Made by a program: the position numbers and the translations under genes. From assembly GCA_029879605.1 (NCBI GenBank), contig JAOUQA010000001.1, positions 1 through 32,542 on the forward strand: DNA of 32,542 nt, read 5' to 3'. Origin of the DNA: Gammaproteobacteria bacterium. Its GTDB lineage: Bacteria; Pseudomonadota; Gammaproteobacteria; SZUA-229. The notes under the pieces were generated by a model. It was not told where the DNA came from, ran no database searches, and worked only from the letters and a program-made list of their open reading frames with translations. Below are positions 1 through 9,465 of the stretch, piece after piece (position 1 is the stretch's first letter; each line of letters begins with the position of its first letter).

Positions 1-133
1 TCCGATCTTTATCCATTGAGGCGACTTCTACGGTATGGCCTAGAGCCGCAGCAATGGGTGAAAACTGCCTGACCCACTCGATGACGCCGCCAAGCTGTGG
101 GTTAGTCGAGCAGATAATATTAAGTATACGCAT
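1..133 (-). CDS. GT-B (GT4-type) glycosyltransferase, N-terminal fragment; the gene runs off the window start
   Basis: Not in the ORF track because it is short and open-ended. The reverse complement from ATG (133-131) reads MRILNIICSTNPQLGGVIEWVRQFSPIAAALGHTVEVASMDKDR with no stop down to position 1. The pattern M-R-I-L, hydrophobic strand, GG, then GH-x-V-x-V is the usual first beta-alpha-beta of GT4-type enzymes. It is divergent from the next glycosyltransferase gene. Confidence 0.5.
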   Translation of the reverse strand, partial: MRILNIICSTNPQLGGVIEWVRQFSPIAAALGHTVEVASMDKDR

Positions 134-283
134 GGAAGCAAATGCTAATTATTTAGTGTATTTCGAGCGGCGTGCGCATTCGATTAGGTTATTTCCCTGT
201 CAGGGTTGTATTATACTCCGCACGGATTAAGGTGCTAGAAGTAGGGGTTTTGCCCCAAAACGGTGATATTACCCCAAATTGTT

Positions 284-1489
284 ATGAAGATACTCATTAA
301 TAGTATAAATTACGCGCCGGAGCTGGTGGGTATCGGAAAATATACGGCTGAAATGGCAGAGTGGCTTGCTGAGGCGGGGCACGATGTAAAAGTGGTGACG
401 GCTGCGCCTTATTATCCTGATTGGAAGGTTTTTGAAGGATATTCAGCATACAAATATATGACTGAAACGAAGGATGGAGCGAAGGTGATTCGTTGTCCAT
501 TGTGGGTCCCGGCCCGTCCGTCCGGGGCAAAGAGAGTGCTCCATCTGGTCAGTTTTGCCCTGACCGCATTTCCTGTCATGATCTGGCAGGGGATTTTCTG
601 GCGCCCAGATATATTGTTTGTTGTCGAACCGCCATTCTTTTGTACTCCTGGCGCACTTTTGTCTACAGTTCTGGGGCGCGGACAGAGTTGGCTACATATA
701 CAAGATTTTGAGATTGATGCGGCCTTTGATCTGGGTATGCTCAAGTCAAAAAAGCTTAGACTCTGGGTGAGCAGTGTTGAGAGCTGGTTGATGAGAAAGT
801 TTGACAGGGTTTCGACAATATCGGACAGAATGATGGATCGCGTTATCAACAAGGGCGTTGCGGCTGAAAAAACGGTTCTTTTCGAGAACTGGGTTGATAC
901 CGAACTGATATTTCCATTGCTTGATCGCCCTGCGCTATACCGCGAGCTAGGGTTGCCAGAAAACCGTACTATAGTGTTGTATTCCGGTAACATGGGTGAA
1001 AAGCAGGGGCTAGAGATCATAATTGAAGTGGCCAGGTTATTTAGAGAAAGGCAGGATATACTCTTTATACTCTGTGGAACCGGTTCGGCCAATCAGCGTT
1101 TAAAGCATTTTGCGAAGGATCTTGATAATGTAGTATTTTTCCCGCTGCAGCCTGTTGAAAAATTAAATGAATTGCTAAATCTGGCAAATATACACCTGTT
1201 GCCGCAGAAATCTGGTGCGGAGGATTTAGTGATGCCGTCTAAGTTGACTAATATGATGGCCAGCGGCAAACCTGTAGTCGCCACAGCGGCAGAAGGTTCA
1301 CAGATTTCTAGAGTGCTAACAGATTGCGGTATGGTTGTTGAGCCAGGTGATGTTAAGGCGTTTTATAGTGCTGTCGAATATCTGGCTGATAACCCTGATA
1401 GTGCAAATAGACTAGGCATTAATGGCCGCGCTTATGTTGAAGCTCACTGGAATATGAATGATGTGCTCTCAAAAATCTTTGTTAATTAA
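284..1489 (+). CDS. WcaI/WbuB-like GT-B glycosyltransferase
   Basis: ORF 263..1489. The internal ATG at 284 gives MKILINSINYAPELVGIGKYTAEMAEWLAEAGHDVKVVTAAPYYPDW, the characteristic N-terminus of WcaI/WbuB-type transferases. The C-terminal half carries the PSKLTNMMASGKPVVA motif typical of this group. The choice of start (GTG 263 versus ATG 284) is uncertain. Confidence 0.85.
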   Translation: MKILINSINYAPELVGIGKYTAEMAEWLAEAGHDVKVVTAAPYYPDWKVFEGYSAYKYMTETKDGAKVIRCPLWVPARPSGAKRVLHLVSFALTAFPVMIWQGIFWRPDILFVVEPPFFCTPGALLSTVLGRGQSWLHIQDFEIDAAFDLGMLKSKKLRLWVSSVESWLMRKFDRVSTISDRMMDRVINKGVAAEKTVLFENWVDTELIFPLLDRPALYRELGLPENRTIVLYSGNMGEKQGLEIIIEVARLFRERQDILFILCGTGSANQRLKHFAKDLDNVVFFPLQPVEKLNELLNLANIHLLPQKSGAEDLVMPSKLTNMMASGKPVVATAAEGSQISRVLTDCGMVVEPGDVKAFYSAVEYLADNPDSANRLGINGRAYVEAHWNMNDVLSKIFVN

Positions 1490-1505
1490 TATATATAAAT
1501 AAATT

Positions 1506-3065
1506 ATGAAACTTAACTCAATATATTTAAATAATATTTATTTTTTGCTTGCTACCTATCTGCTTATTGCTGGCGTTGTTTTTTATGCCTCTTATGCAAG
1601 CCTGGTGGTAATGGAAAATATGTGGAGTTCAAAAGAAGAATATGGGTACGCCTATTTGATTCCTTTTATTTCTGGGTTCTTCATATGGCAGAAAGTTGAA
1701 GAAATTGAGAGAGCAAAATTTGAGCCAAGTATTTTGGGTGGTATTTTTTTTATTGGATCTATGATGCTGATTTTGTTAGGTGTCCTTAGTGCGACACACT
1801 CAATAACGCAATATGGATTTGTTATGGTATTGATAGCAATAGTTCATATGCTTATGGGTAGTGCTGTGTTACGTGTCGTGATTGCACCAATGCTACTGCT
1901 TTTTGTGATGGTCCCGCTGCCAGCATTTCTATTTAATAACTTATCGTCATATTTACAATTATTGTCTTCGCAACTAGGTGTTTTCTTTATCAGGTTGTTT
2001 GATATTAGTGTATATCTTGAAGGAAATGTTATTGATCTGGGCTCATATAAGTTACAAGTAGTAGAAGCATGTAGTGGGCTTCGTTATTTGTTTCCGTTAT
2101 TTAGTCTTGCTCTTATAGCGTCTTATATATATAGCGCTGCAATGTGGAAGAGAGTCGTTCTGGTCTTGTCAAGTATTCCGATTACGGTTTTAATGAATAG
2201 TTTTCGAATAGGTATTATCGGTGTATTGGTTGAGTATTGGGGGCAGGGCCAGGCTGAGGGGTTTTTACATGACTTTGAAGGCTGGGTTATTTTTATGTTT
2301 TGTACGGCATTTCTGATTCTGGAAATGTGGGTGTTACTCAAGATTGATTCAAATGGAAAAAATTTATCGGATGTCTTTGCAATTGATATCCCTGAGAGTA
2401 GGTGTGTTAAGTTTAATATCTCTTTGCCAAGTGGTAAGTATTTCATTATGACAATCGTTGCAATAATGCTTGGTATTTCTGTTGGTTTGGTTAATGAACG
2501 GCAGGAAGTGATTGTTGAGCGTAATGATTTTAGTAGTTTCCCCCTTTCATTTGAAAACTGGACGGGATATAGAGATGTACTTGAATCTCCAGTATTAAGA
2601 GCGCTGAAGCTGGATGATTATGTTATCGCAGATTATGTTGATAAACATGGAAGTCCAATTAACTTGTATGTTGCTTATTATGCTGCACAGAGATCTGGTC
2701 AGGCTGCACACTCACCTAAATCCTGTATTCCTGGTGGGGGGTGGAGGATTAATGATTTTTCTACCATAACAGGACTACTGCCATCTGCAGAATCAGAAGT
2801 TGTGAATCGACTAATTATCGCTAAGGCGGATGAAAAGCAGCTTGTATATTATTGGTTTTCTCAACGAGGTCGTATTATCGCTAATGAATATATGGTTAAG
2901 TGGTATTTGTTTTGGGATGCGCTGACGCTTAATCGTACAGATGGAGCTTTGGTGAGATTTGCGATTCCAGTGTCTTCTGGAGAAGATATTAATAAGGCAG
3001 ATGAGAGAATGGTTAATTTTATTCGTCTTGTTTGGCCGCATATGTCTGAATATATACCTGATTAG
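1506..3065 (+). CDS. xrtA: Exosortase A (XrtA/EpsH family) fused to a C-terminal EpsI-family domain
   Basis: The N-terminal ~290 aa is polytopic membrane protein with the exosortase signature residues: Cys in VVEACSGLRY (TGT 2070-2072), Arg in NSFRIGIIG and His in LHDFEGW. The C-terminal ~200 aa has one TM (IMTIVAIMLGISVGLV) followed by a soluble domain with the EpsI-like AHSPKSCIPGGGW motif. The XrtA subtype is inferred from linkage to prsT, prsK and prsR. Confidence 0.88.
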   Translation: MKLNSIYLNNIYFLLATYLLIAGVVFYASYASLVVMENMWSSKEEYGYAYLIPFISGFFIWQKVEEIERAKFEPSILGGIFFIGSMMLILLGVLSATHSITQYGFVMVLIAIVHMLMGSAVLRVVIAPMLLLFVMVPLPAFLFNNLSSYLQLLSSQLGVFFIRLFDISVYLEGNVIDLGSYKLQVVEACSGLRYLFPLFSLALIASYIYSAAMWKRVVLVLSSIPITVLMNSFRIGIIGVLVEYWGQGQAEGFLHDFEGWVIFMFCTAFLILEMWVLLKIDSNGKNLSDVFAIDIPESRCVKFNISLPSGKYFIMTIVAIMLGISVGLVNERQEVIVERNDFSSFPLSFENWTGYRDVLESPVLRALKLDDYVIADYVDKHGSPINLYVAYYAAQRSGQAAHSPKSCIPGGGWRINDFSTITGLLPSAESEVVNRLIIAKADEKQLVYYWFSQRGRIIANEYMVKWYLFWDALTLNRTDGALVRFAIPVSSGEDINKADERMVNFIRLVWPHMSEYIPD

Positions 3066-3105
3066 GATTTATTAACTAGAGTGTCTCACTGAATAGCGAC
3101 TGTTT

Positions 3106-4740
3106 ATGTTTGATTCGACCTTAGGGATTTATCTAATTATTGCTTTTATGGCTATGGCTGTCAGTATGGCGGTGATTCCTCTTATGATGAGATTTGCTGC
3201 TTCCATTGGCATGATGGATCAGCCTGATTCAAGAAAAGTACATATTACACCAGTTCCCAGGGTGGGTGGAATTGGTATTGTGCTTGGTGCGCTCATGCCG
3301 ATGGCGATCTGGTTACCATTCAATGATCTAGTGCTGTCTTATCTCGTGGGCTCTATTGTGCTGTTAGTTTTTGGTATTTGGGATGATGCTAAAGAGATTG
3401 GTCATTATGTGAAATTTATTGGCCAGTTTATTGCGGCAGCTACGGTGGTTTACTATGGCGATTTATATGTTATTCATTTTCCGTTTATGGGTATGGATTT
3501 ATTGCCTGAGTCAATTGGGCGTCCTTTCACTGTTGTGGCTGTAGTTGGAATGATAAATGCGATAAATCATTCTGATGGTCTTGATGGTCTAGCTGGTGGT
3601 GAGTCTCTTTTAAGTCTTGCCGCTATTATATATCTTGGTTATTTATTTGATAGTGTTCTAATTGTCGTTATTGCTGCTGCGACTGTAGGTGGTGTATTTG
3701 GCTTCTTACGATTCAATTCACATCCCGCCTTGGTTTTTATGGGTGATGGAGGTAGCCAGTTCCTAGGGTTTACACTGGCCTTTCTTGTTCTCGTTTTGAC
3801 GCAGCAAGCCAATGAAGTATTGAGTCCGGCACTACCTCTTTTATTATTAGGTCTGCCTATCGCAGATATATTAGCTGTGTTTATCTTGCGAGCACGAGGA
3901 GGCATGAATCTATTTAGGGCAACTAGAAATCATATTCATCATCGGTTGTTAGAATTGGGTTTCTATCATTATGAAGCAGTGGTGATTATATATTCTATAC
4001 AAATGTTGCTCATAGTATGTGCGATCTTAATGCCCTATGCATATGACTGGTTGATTTTTTCTATTTATCTTGGTGTTTGTTCAGCAATATTTGTTTTACT
4101 AACGATGGCGGAGAGAAAAAAATGGGGTATTAAACACAATCTTCCCAGTCTTGATAAATTACAAATAAAAATTATACCAAAAGATATTTTGATAAAAATT
4201 TCAGCTCGAGGGCTTGAGACGTGTGTTTCATTGTTCTTAATCGCGGCAGCAATTATGTCTACTGATATCCCTTTTGATATAGGCGTGTCTTCATTGTTTT
4301 TGCTGGTGGCGCTATTGTTTTTGTTATTTTTTAGTGGCCTGCATTTTTTGTTATACAGGTTGATTCTATTTGTCACCGTGGGATTTTCCGTGTATTTACT
4401 TTCTACAAACCCGCCTTCTTGGTTACTTGTAAAAGGACACATAATATATATGTACTTTGGTATTGTCGTTATTCTTGCGTTATTGGTGGCTCGCATGGCA
4501 GCAAAAGGGGCGTTTAAGATTACCCCACTTGATTACTTGGTGATCATGCTGACACTTATAATTGGCGTTGGGCATGACAACACCGTGCAGTCAGATAGCC
4601 TTATCTGGATGTCAATACAGATTATTATTCTGTTTTATGCCTGTGAACTTATTATTCAAAATATGACAAGGCGTTTAAATAATTTGACGTTATCTGCAGC
4701 TGTAACGCTAGTTTTGATTTCATTGAGGAGTGTTATTTAA
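3106..4740 (+). CDS. WecA/MraY-family polyprenyl-phosphate sugar-1-phosphate transferase with a long C-terminal membrane extension
   Basis: Family motifs are present: FGIWDDAKEIG, NAINHSDGLDGLAGG and VFMGDGGSQFLGF, and the protein is multi-pass membrane throughout. At 544 aa it exceeds typical WecA enzymes (which I recall as roughly 350-370 aa). The last ~200 aa form extra predicted TM helices. Confidence 0.85.
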   Translation: MFDSTLGIYLIIAFMAMAVSMAVIPLMMRFAASIGMMDQPDSRKVHITPVPRVGGIGIVLGALMPMAIWLPFNDLVLSYLVGSIVLLVFGIWDDAKEIGHYVKFIGQFIAAATVVYYGDLYVIHFPFMGMDLLPESIGRPFTVVAVVGMINAINHSDGLDGLAGGESLLSLAAIIYLGYLFDSVLIVVIAAATVGGVFGFLRFNSHPALVFMGDGGSQFLGFTLAFLVLVLTQQANEVLSPALPLLLLGLPIADILAVFILRARGGMNLFRATRNHIHHRLLELGFYHYEAVVIIYSIQMLLIVCAILMPYAYDWLIFSIYLGVCSAIFVLLTMAERKKWGIKHNLPSLDKLQIKIIPKDILIKISARGLETCVSLFLIAAAIMSTDIPFDIGVSSLFLLVALLFLLFFSGLHFLLYRLILFVTVGFSVYLLSTNPPSWLLVKGHIIYMYFGIVVILALLVARMAAKGAFKITPLDYLVIMLTLIIGVGHDNTVQSDSLIWMSIQIIILFYACELIIQNMTRRLNNLTLSAAVTLVLISLRSVI

Positions 4741-4860
4741 CTTGTTTAAGTTATTAGCGGCCTACTTTTTGTGAATTTCCGGCATTACGTTTTATTTTTA
4801 TTATTTATAATAATATTCTTATATTCTAATGCGATATTTTCTTAACTACCATACAGTATC

Positions 4861-4869
4861 TGCTATAAT
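4861..4869 (+). promoter_or_regulatory. Candidate extended -10 sigma-70 promoter element (TGCTATAAT) upstream of epsE
   Basis: A perfect TGn-TATAAT lies in the 220-bp AT-rich gap between the WecA-like gene and epsE, about 90 bp upstream of ATG 4961. The -35 is weak (TTAACT at 4842-4847). Identified by sequence pattern only. Confidence 0.3.
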
Positions 4870-4960
4870 TCTTGGGCATTTGGATTAGTGTCCACATATA
4901 TATGAGGACGCATGTCAAATAAGATAAATATAAATAACACTCTATTATAATTTTAAAAGA

Positions 4961-5518
4961 ATGAATCAAATTTTTAATCTATTCGCACTAGTATTACTGG
5001 CTTGTACATCCATCCAGTTAGCTCAGGCTCAAGAAGATGCCTATATAATCGGATCTGGAGACCAACTTTCGATATCTGTATGGAAAGAGCAAGATCTCCA
5101 GAAAGAAGTGCTTGTTAATCCTGATGGGTATATAACATTTCCACTTATTGGGGATGTTAAGGCAGGAGGTTTAACAACAAAAGCACTTACCCAGATTATG
5201 GTAAAAAAGCTAAATGCGTACATCCCAAACCCTAACATAACAATAAGCGTTTTGATGTCTAGAAGTAACAGGGTATATGTAATTGGTCAGGTTAATAAAC
5301 CGGGTGAATATGTTACATCACAGTATATGGATGTATTGCAAGCACTAACTGTTGCAGGAGGGCTTACGCCTTATGCGGATTCAGATGATATAAAAATTAT
5401 TAGACGTACTGATAGTGGTAAGGAAGTTTATGAATTTGATTACGACGAAGTAGTTAGTGGAAATGAAATGGAGATGAATATTATGCTGAAGCCTGGTGAT
5501 ACGATAGTAGTGCCATAA
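4961..5518 (+). CDS. epsE: Periplasmic polysaccharide export protein (Wza N-terminal/SLBB type; EpsE of PEP-CTERM loci)
   Basis: It has a signal peptide (LFALVLLACTSIQLAQA). It carries the Poly_export-like motif YIIGSGDQLSISVW..NPDGYITFPLIGDV.AGGLT and an SLBB-like part (VYVIGQVNKPGEY, LQALTVAGGLT, IIRR, LKPGDTIVVP). Its short length (185 aa) fits the EpsE subtype. Confidence 0.85.
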   Translation: MNQIFNLFALVLLACTSIQLAQAQEDAYIIGSGDQLSISVWKEQDLQKEVLVNPDGYITFPLIGDVKAGGLTTKALTQIMVKKLNAYIPNPNITISVLMSRSNRVYVIGQVNKPGEYVTSQYMDVLQALTVAGGLTPYADSDDIKIIRRTDSGKEVYEFDYDEVVSGNEMEMNIMLKPGDTIVVP

Positions 5519-5550
5519 AATAGAATTCAGCATTATTGAAGGTAATTTCA

Positions 5551-6735
5551 ATGTATAAAAATAAGATAAATATAGTATTATTAATCATTTTATGTTCGCC
5601 TGCTGCTCAGGTGTATGCATCTGATCTTATGATGGAGGCAGATGTTATCGCCTCAACATCATTTGATGACAATGTAGATTATTCTACAGTAGGAAATACC
5701 GTATCGGTTTATACGGTTAAGCCGAAATTAGAGTTGGCATATGAAAGTGATGAATGGAAAACGACATCTACTTTATATGTTTCAGAGAAAATATATTCAG
5801 AGCGCCTGCAAAATCAATTCGATAATTATATAGATATTGGCACAGCTTATAAACAGGACAGGGGTGTTTATTCAGTAGAAGCTAGTTATTATAATCAGGC
5901 TAGGCGTGCTGAGGAGACAAATATATTAGGTAGTAGTGTAGAACAGGTGGATTCTAAAACAATATCTGTTGCGCCTCGATATACCTACAATATAAATGAG
6001 CGCGCATTTATGTCAATTGCATATGCGTTAAATAGTGTGGATTTTGGCGCCAACACAGTTGGAAGGTTTTTTTCATATGATACCCATACCGCGGTTGGCT
6101 CTCTGGGATACAAGTTGTCACAAAGGAGTAACTTGAATTTGAATCTATCAGCTCAAGATTATGCGTCTGATAATGGGGCTTCGGAATATCAGGTTATGTC
6201 AACAAATCTTGAATATGGATATGCAGTTACGCAAATAATGACGGCGAAATTATCAGTAGGATCGAATAACTTTAAATTCGAAAATAAGAGTACACAATCA
6301 TTTCCTTATTTTGGGTCACTGGTTACAGGTGTAACAGCTCTGGAAACTACTAGTAGTGGCGCATCATATCATGCTGGTATAGATGCAGGTTGGCTAACTT
6401 TGGGGGTTGGGCGTAATTATGTGTCAAGTTCAGTCGGAGGGCTTCAGCAGAGCGATAGTGTAGATGCAAAGCTTAGAATGCAGGCAACGCCGCTTATTGG
6501 GCTGACGTTATCAATTATTCGTGATGAGCGAGAGGAGAAAAATGTTTATGTGTCAAGTTACTCTGATACAAGAACCGAGATCACGCCAGAAATGATTGTT
6601 TCATTGGCTCATAATTTGCAGGTTCGCGCTAAGTATACTACAGGAGAAAAAGAAATATTTTCTTCCTCCATTAATAGGTCAATTGATTACAAGAGATTCT
6701 ATGTGGACATAAGGTATGTGTTTCCCTCTATTTGA
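5551..6735 (+). CDS. epsL: Putative outer-membrane beta-barrel protein (EpsL-like, PEP-CTERM-locus associated)
   Basis: ORF 5536..6735, with ATG 5551 giving the signal peptide MYKNKINIVLLIILCSPAAQVYA. The rest is rich in Y/S/T/N/G with alternating hydrophobicity and no TM helices. It sits between epsE and epsF as in Methylobacillus-type eps loci. Function is assigned mainly from context, and the C-terminus (RYVFPSI) is not the canonical terminal Phe. Confidence 0.6.
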   Translation: MYKNKINIVLLIILCSPAAQVYASDLMMEADVIASTSFDDNVDYSTVGNTVSVYTVKPKLELAYESDEWKTTSTLYVSEKIYSERLQNQFDNYIDIGTAYKQDRGVYSVEASYYNQARRAEETNILGSSVEQVDSKTISVAPRYTYNINERAFMSIAYALNSVDFGANTVGRFFSYDTHTAVGSLGYKLSQRSNLNLNLSAQDYASDNGASEYQVMSTNLEYGYAVTQIMTAKLSVGSNNFKFENKSTQSFPYFGSLVTGVTALETTSSGASYHAGIDAGWLTLGVGRNYVSSSVGGLQQSDSVDAKLRMQATPLIGLTLSIIRDEREEKNVYVSSYSDTRTEITPEMIVSLAHNLQVRAKYTTGEKEIFSSSINRSIDYKRFYVDIRYVFPSI

Positions 6736-6787
6736 TTTCTTTAAAAAAATATCTTTTTGACATTCGTCTTATATTCTCTGTTTATAT

Positions 6788-8551
6788 TTGAGTGGTTATA
6801 TTGTGGAAGAGCAACACCTTGATTTGCGTGATTTTATTACTATCCTGCGCAGGCGAAAAAAAGCGATGTATATTATCGCTACGACACTTGTCAGCCTTAT
6901 TATTCTTGTAACTGTTTTATTGCCGTCGATTTATAAGTCATCCGCAACTATTTTAATTGAGCAGCAAGAAGTGCCTCGTGAGTTAGTTATGTCTACTGTA
7001 ACTAGTTATGCGGCGGAAAGGATTCAAACGATTCAGGCTCAAGTGATGAGCAGAATTAACTTGATCAAGATTATTGAAAAATTTAATTTGTATGAGGATG
7101 ATAAAAAATATCGTACAACAGAAGCAATTATTGCTCGAATGCGCGATGACGTATCTCTGGATTTGATAAGTGCGGATATAGTAGATCCTACAACTGGCCG
7201 CCCTTCATCTGCGACTATTGCATTTTCGCTCTCATATTCAGGAAAAAATCCGGCTCAGGTTCAAAAAGTTGTTAGTGAATTGACGTCATTGTATTTGAAT
7301 AAAAATATAGAAAGTCGTTCTACAAAAGCATCTGAAACGGCGGGTTTTTTCAAAGGTGAATCTGAGCGAATAGTTCAAACAATTGCCGATCTAGAGAAAA
7401 AGCTCGCTGAGTTTAAGCAGAATAATGCAAAGATGCTGCCTGAGGTTCAGCAGGTTAATATGCAGATGCTGCAAAGAATAGAATCCTCAATATCTGCAAC
7501 GACTACAAGGCTTTTAAATCTAGAAGAAAGAAAGTTTAATCTTGAAGGGCAGCTGTCTCAGGTTAGCCCGGAAAATCCGCTGTTACAAAGTGCTGGAACC
7601 AGACTCAAGTTGCTTGAGGCGGCTTATGCATCCTTAGTTTCCAAATACTCAGAATCTCATCCTGATGTAATAAGAATAAAAAATGAAATGGATGCTTTAC
7701 GATCCGGCAAAAAGAGTAGTGATGCTGATATTCTGGCGTCAGAATTGATTGCACTTAAAAATGAACTGGATATTACTTCAAAAAAATATACAGATCAGCA
7801 CCCTGATGTCACTGCTCTAAAAACAAAAATTGCATCTCTGGAAAAGAAATTCAGTGAAGTTAATACTAATAGAAAAAAATCTGATGATGAACTTCAGGAA
7901 TACTTAAAAGAATCACCAGATAACCCTGCTTATATAACGCTTAGATCTCAATTGGATGGGATTATGAGTGAAATGAATGCACTGAATGAGCAAAAAAAGG
8001 AGTTGATTGAAAAACAGGATGAATTAGAAAAAATTATGCTTATTGCGCCTCAGGTTGAGCGTGAATATCTAGTATTACAACGTGATTATGAAAATGCGCT
8101 GAGGTTGCATCATGATATAGCGGCAAAGCAGCGATCTGCCGATATAGCTGTTGAATTAGAATCGCAAAGCAAGGGAGAGCGCTTTACTTTGATTGATCCG
8201 CCGGCTTTTCCCGAAGAGCCTGTTAGTCCCAATAGGCCATTAGTGATTCTTATAGGGTTGATTTTCTCTATAGCTGCGGCATTTGGTTATGCGTTTACCG
8301 CTGAAGCTGTAAGTGGAACTGTTAGAGGTGCAAATGGTGTAGAGAGTATACTAGATGTTGCTCCACTATCAATTGTGCCATATCAGCTAACATTGCATGA
8401 TATTGAAGCTGATAAGCTCTCTCAGAGGAAAATAATGATAGCCGTTTCAGTCTTAACTGTTCTTGTGATTGTCTTTGTACACTTTTTTATTGCACGAATT
8501 GATGTGTTATGGTTTCGTATCTTTAGGCATATAGAATCATTTCTGGGTTGA
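6788..8551 (+). CDS. epsF: Polysaccharide chain-length determinant / co-polymerase (Wzz-GumC, PCP-2 type; EpsF)
   Basis: The N-terminal Wzz-like segment (LRDFITILRRRKK) is followed by a TM. A long coiled-coil periplasmic region contains duplicated HPDV motifs (SESHPDVIRIKNEM and TDQHPDVTALKTKI). A Pro-rich stretch (PPAFPEEPVSPNRP) precedes the second TM. The start is non-ATG (TTG 6788 or in-frame GTG 6803). Confidence 0.85.
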   Translation: MSGYIVEEQHLDLRDFITILRRRKKAMYIIATTLVSLIILVTVLLPSIYKSSATILIEQQEVPRELVMSTVTSYAAERIQTIQAQVMSRINLIKIIEKFNLYEDDKKYRTTEAIIARMRDDVSLDLISADIVDPTTGRPSSATIAFSLSYSGKNPAQVQKVVSELTSLYLNKNIESRSTKASETAGFFKGESERIVQTIADLEKKLAEFKQNNAKMLPEVQQVNMQMLQRIESSISATTTRLLNLEERKFNLEGQLSQVSPENPLLQSAGTRLKLLEAAYASLVSKYSESHPDVIRIKNEMDALRSGKKSSDADILASELIALKNELDITSKKYTDQHPDVTALKTKIASLEKKFSEVNTNRKKSDDELQEYLKESPDNPAYITLRSQLDGIMSEMNALNEQKKELIEKQDELEKIMLIAPQVEREYLVLQRDYENALRLHHDIAAKQRSADIAVELESQSKGERFTLIDPPAFPEEPVSPNRPLVILIGLIFSIAAAFGYAFTAEAVSGTVRGANGVESILDVAPLSIVPYQLTLHDIEADKLSQRKIMIAVSVLTVLVIVFVHFFIARIDVLWFRIFRHIESFLG

Positions 8552-8572
8552 TAACTTTTTAGGATTCGATCA

Positions 8573-9340
8573 ATGGAAAAAATAAAACAAGCGCTCGATA
8601 GAGCCAAAAAACAAAGAGGTGATACACAAAGTGCTCGAATGAGCATGGATTGGTCGCCTGTTAAATATGATGAAACAAAGGCAGTAAAAAGTTCAAAAGA
8701 GAGTATGCAGAAGAATAGAATATCTGCTGCTTTAGAGGATGATAAATACAAAGATGCATATGATATTCTTGCAGTGCAGGTGTTGCAAAGAATGGAAGAG
8801 CATCGTTGGTCTACATTGGCAGTGACTAGTCCAGTTGGTGATGAAGGAACAACTACAGCTGCTATTAATCTTGCAATTAGTATTGCAAAGGAAGTTGAGT
8901 ACTCAGTTCTTCTGGTAGATGCAAATTTAAGGAATCCAAAAGTGCATGAATACTTTGGCGTAAAACCAAAGTATGGTCTATGTGATTATTTACGAAGTGA
9001 CATGGAATTGTCAGATGTACTTTATAGGCCTGAGGAGATAGAGCATTTTATTATTTTGCCAGGTGGTGCGCCAATATCTAGTTCTGCTGAGATGATGGGA
9101 TCTCCAAAAATGTGTGGACTCGTAGAAACTTTAAAAGATCATTATCCAAAAAGAATTATACTATTTGATCTTCCTCCAATACTTGGAACGGCTGATGCAA
9201 TGTCTATCGCTCCTTGTATTGATGCATCACTTTTAGTGATTGAAGACGGTGTTACTAAGCAATCTGACCTAAAGAAAGCGGTAGATATTTTGTCAGTAAC
9301 AAACATTATTGGCTCAGTATTGAATAAAGCTAGATATTAA
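8573..9340 (+). CDS. epsG: BY-kinase-like P-loop ATPase partner of EpsF (EpsG type), with a degenerate Walker A
   Basis: It shows MinD/BY-kinase architecture. The Walker A-like segment is VTSPVGDEGTTTAAINLA (8822-8870), the Walker A' is LLVDANLRNPKVH and the Walker B is IILFDLPPIL. It lies immediately downstream of epsF. AGGA is present upstream of ATG 8573. Confidence 0.8.
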   Translation: MEKIKQALDRAKKQRGDTQSARMSMDWSPVKYDETKAVKSSKESMQKNRISAALEDDKYKDAYDILAVQVLQRMEEHRWSTLAVTSPVGDEGTTTAAINLAISIAKEVEYSVLLVDANLRNPKVHEYFGVKPKYGLCDYLRSDMELSDVLYRPEEIEHFIILPGGAPISSSAEMMGSPKMCGLVETLKDHYPKRIILFDLPPILGTADAMSIAPCIDASLLVIEDGVTKQSDLKKAVDILSVTNIIGSVLNKARY

Positions 9341-9465
9341 ATCTTTAGATGGTGGTAATATTATTTGTTTTTATACATATATTAATTCTAGATTGGGATA
9401 AAGCTTTGTGGTTTTCAGGTCTATTATAATGATGTATCTATAAAGCCTTCTTATTTTTATATACT

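Noticed and set aside
297-1284. Nested and antisense ORFs inside the WcaI-like gene (297-530, 412-1092, 493-711, 1093-1284). Similar short ORFs lie inside other genes (for example 2123-2446, 3639-3905, 4065-4496, 8422-8751, 18865-20326, 22004-22693, 25558-25787, 26545-27168, 27855-29384).
   Set aside because: Each overlaps a longer ORF that carries clear family motifs. Their translations have no recognisable motifs and odd composition.
4780-4794. Possible second sigma-54 promoter, CGGCATTACGTTTTA, upstream of epsE
   Set aside because: The -24-like GGCA is present, but the -12 position reads TTTA instead of TTGC, so the invariant GC is missing. It is retained only as a weak lookalike of the 21159 promoter.
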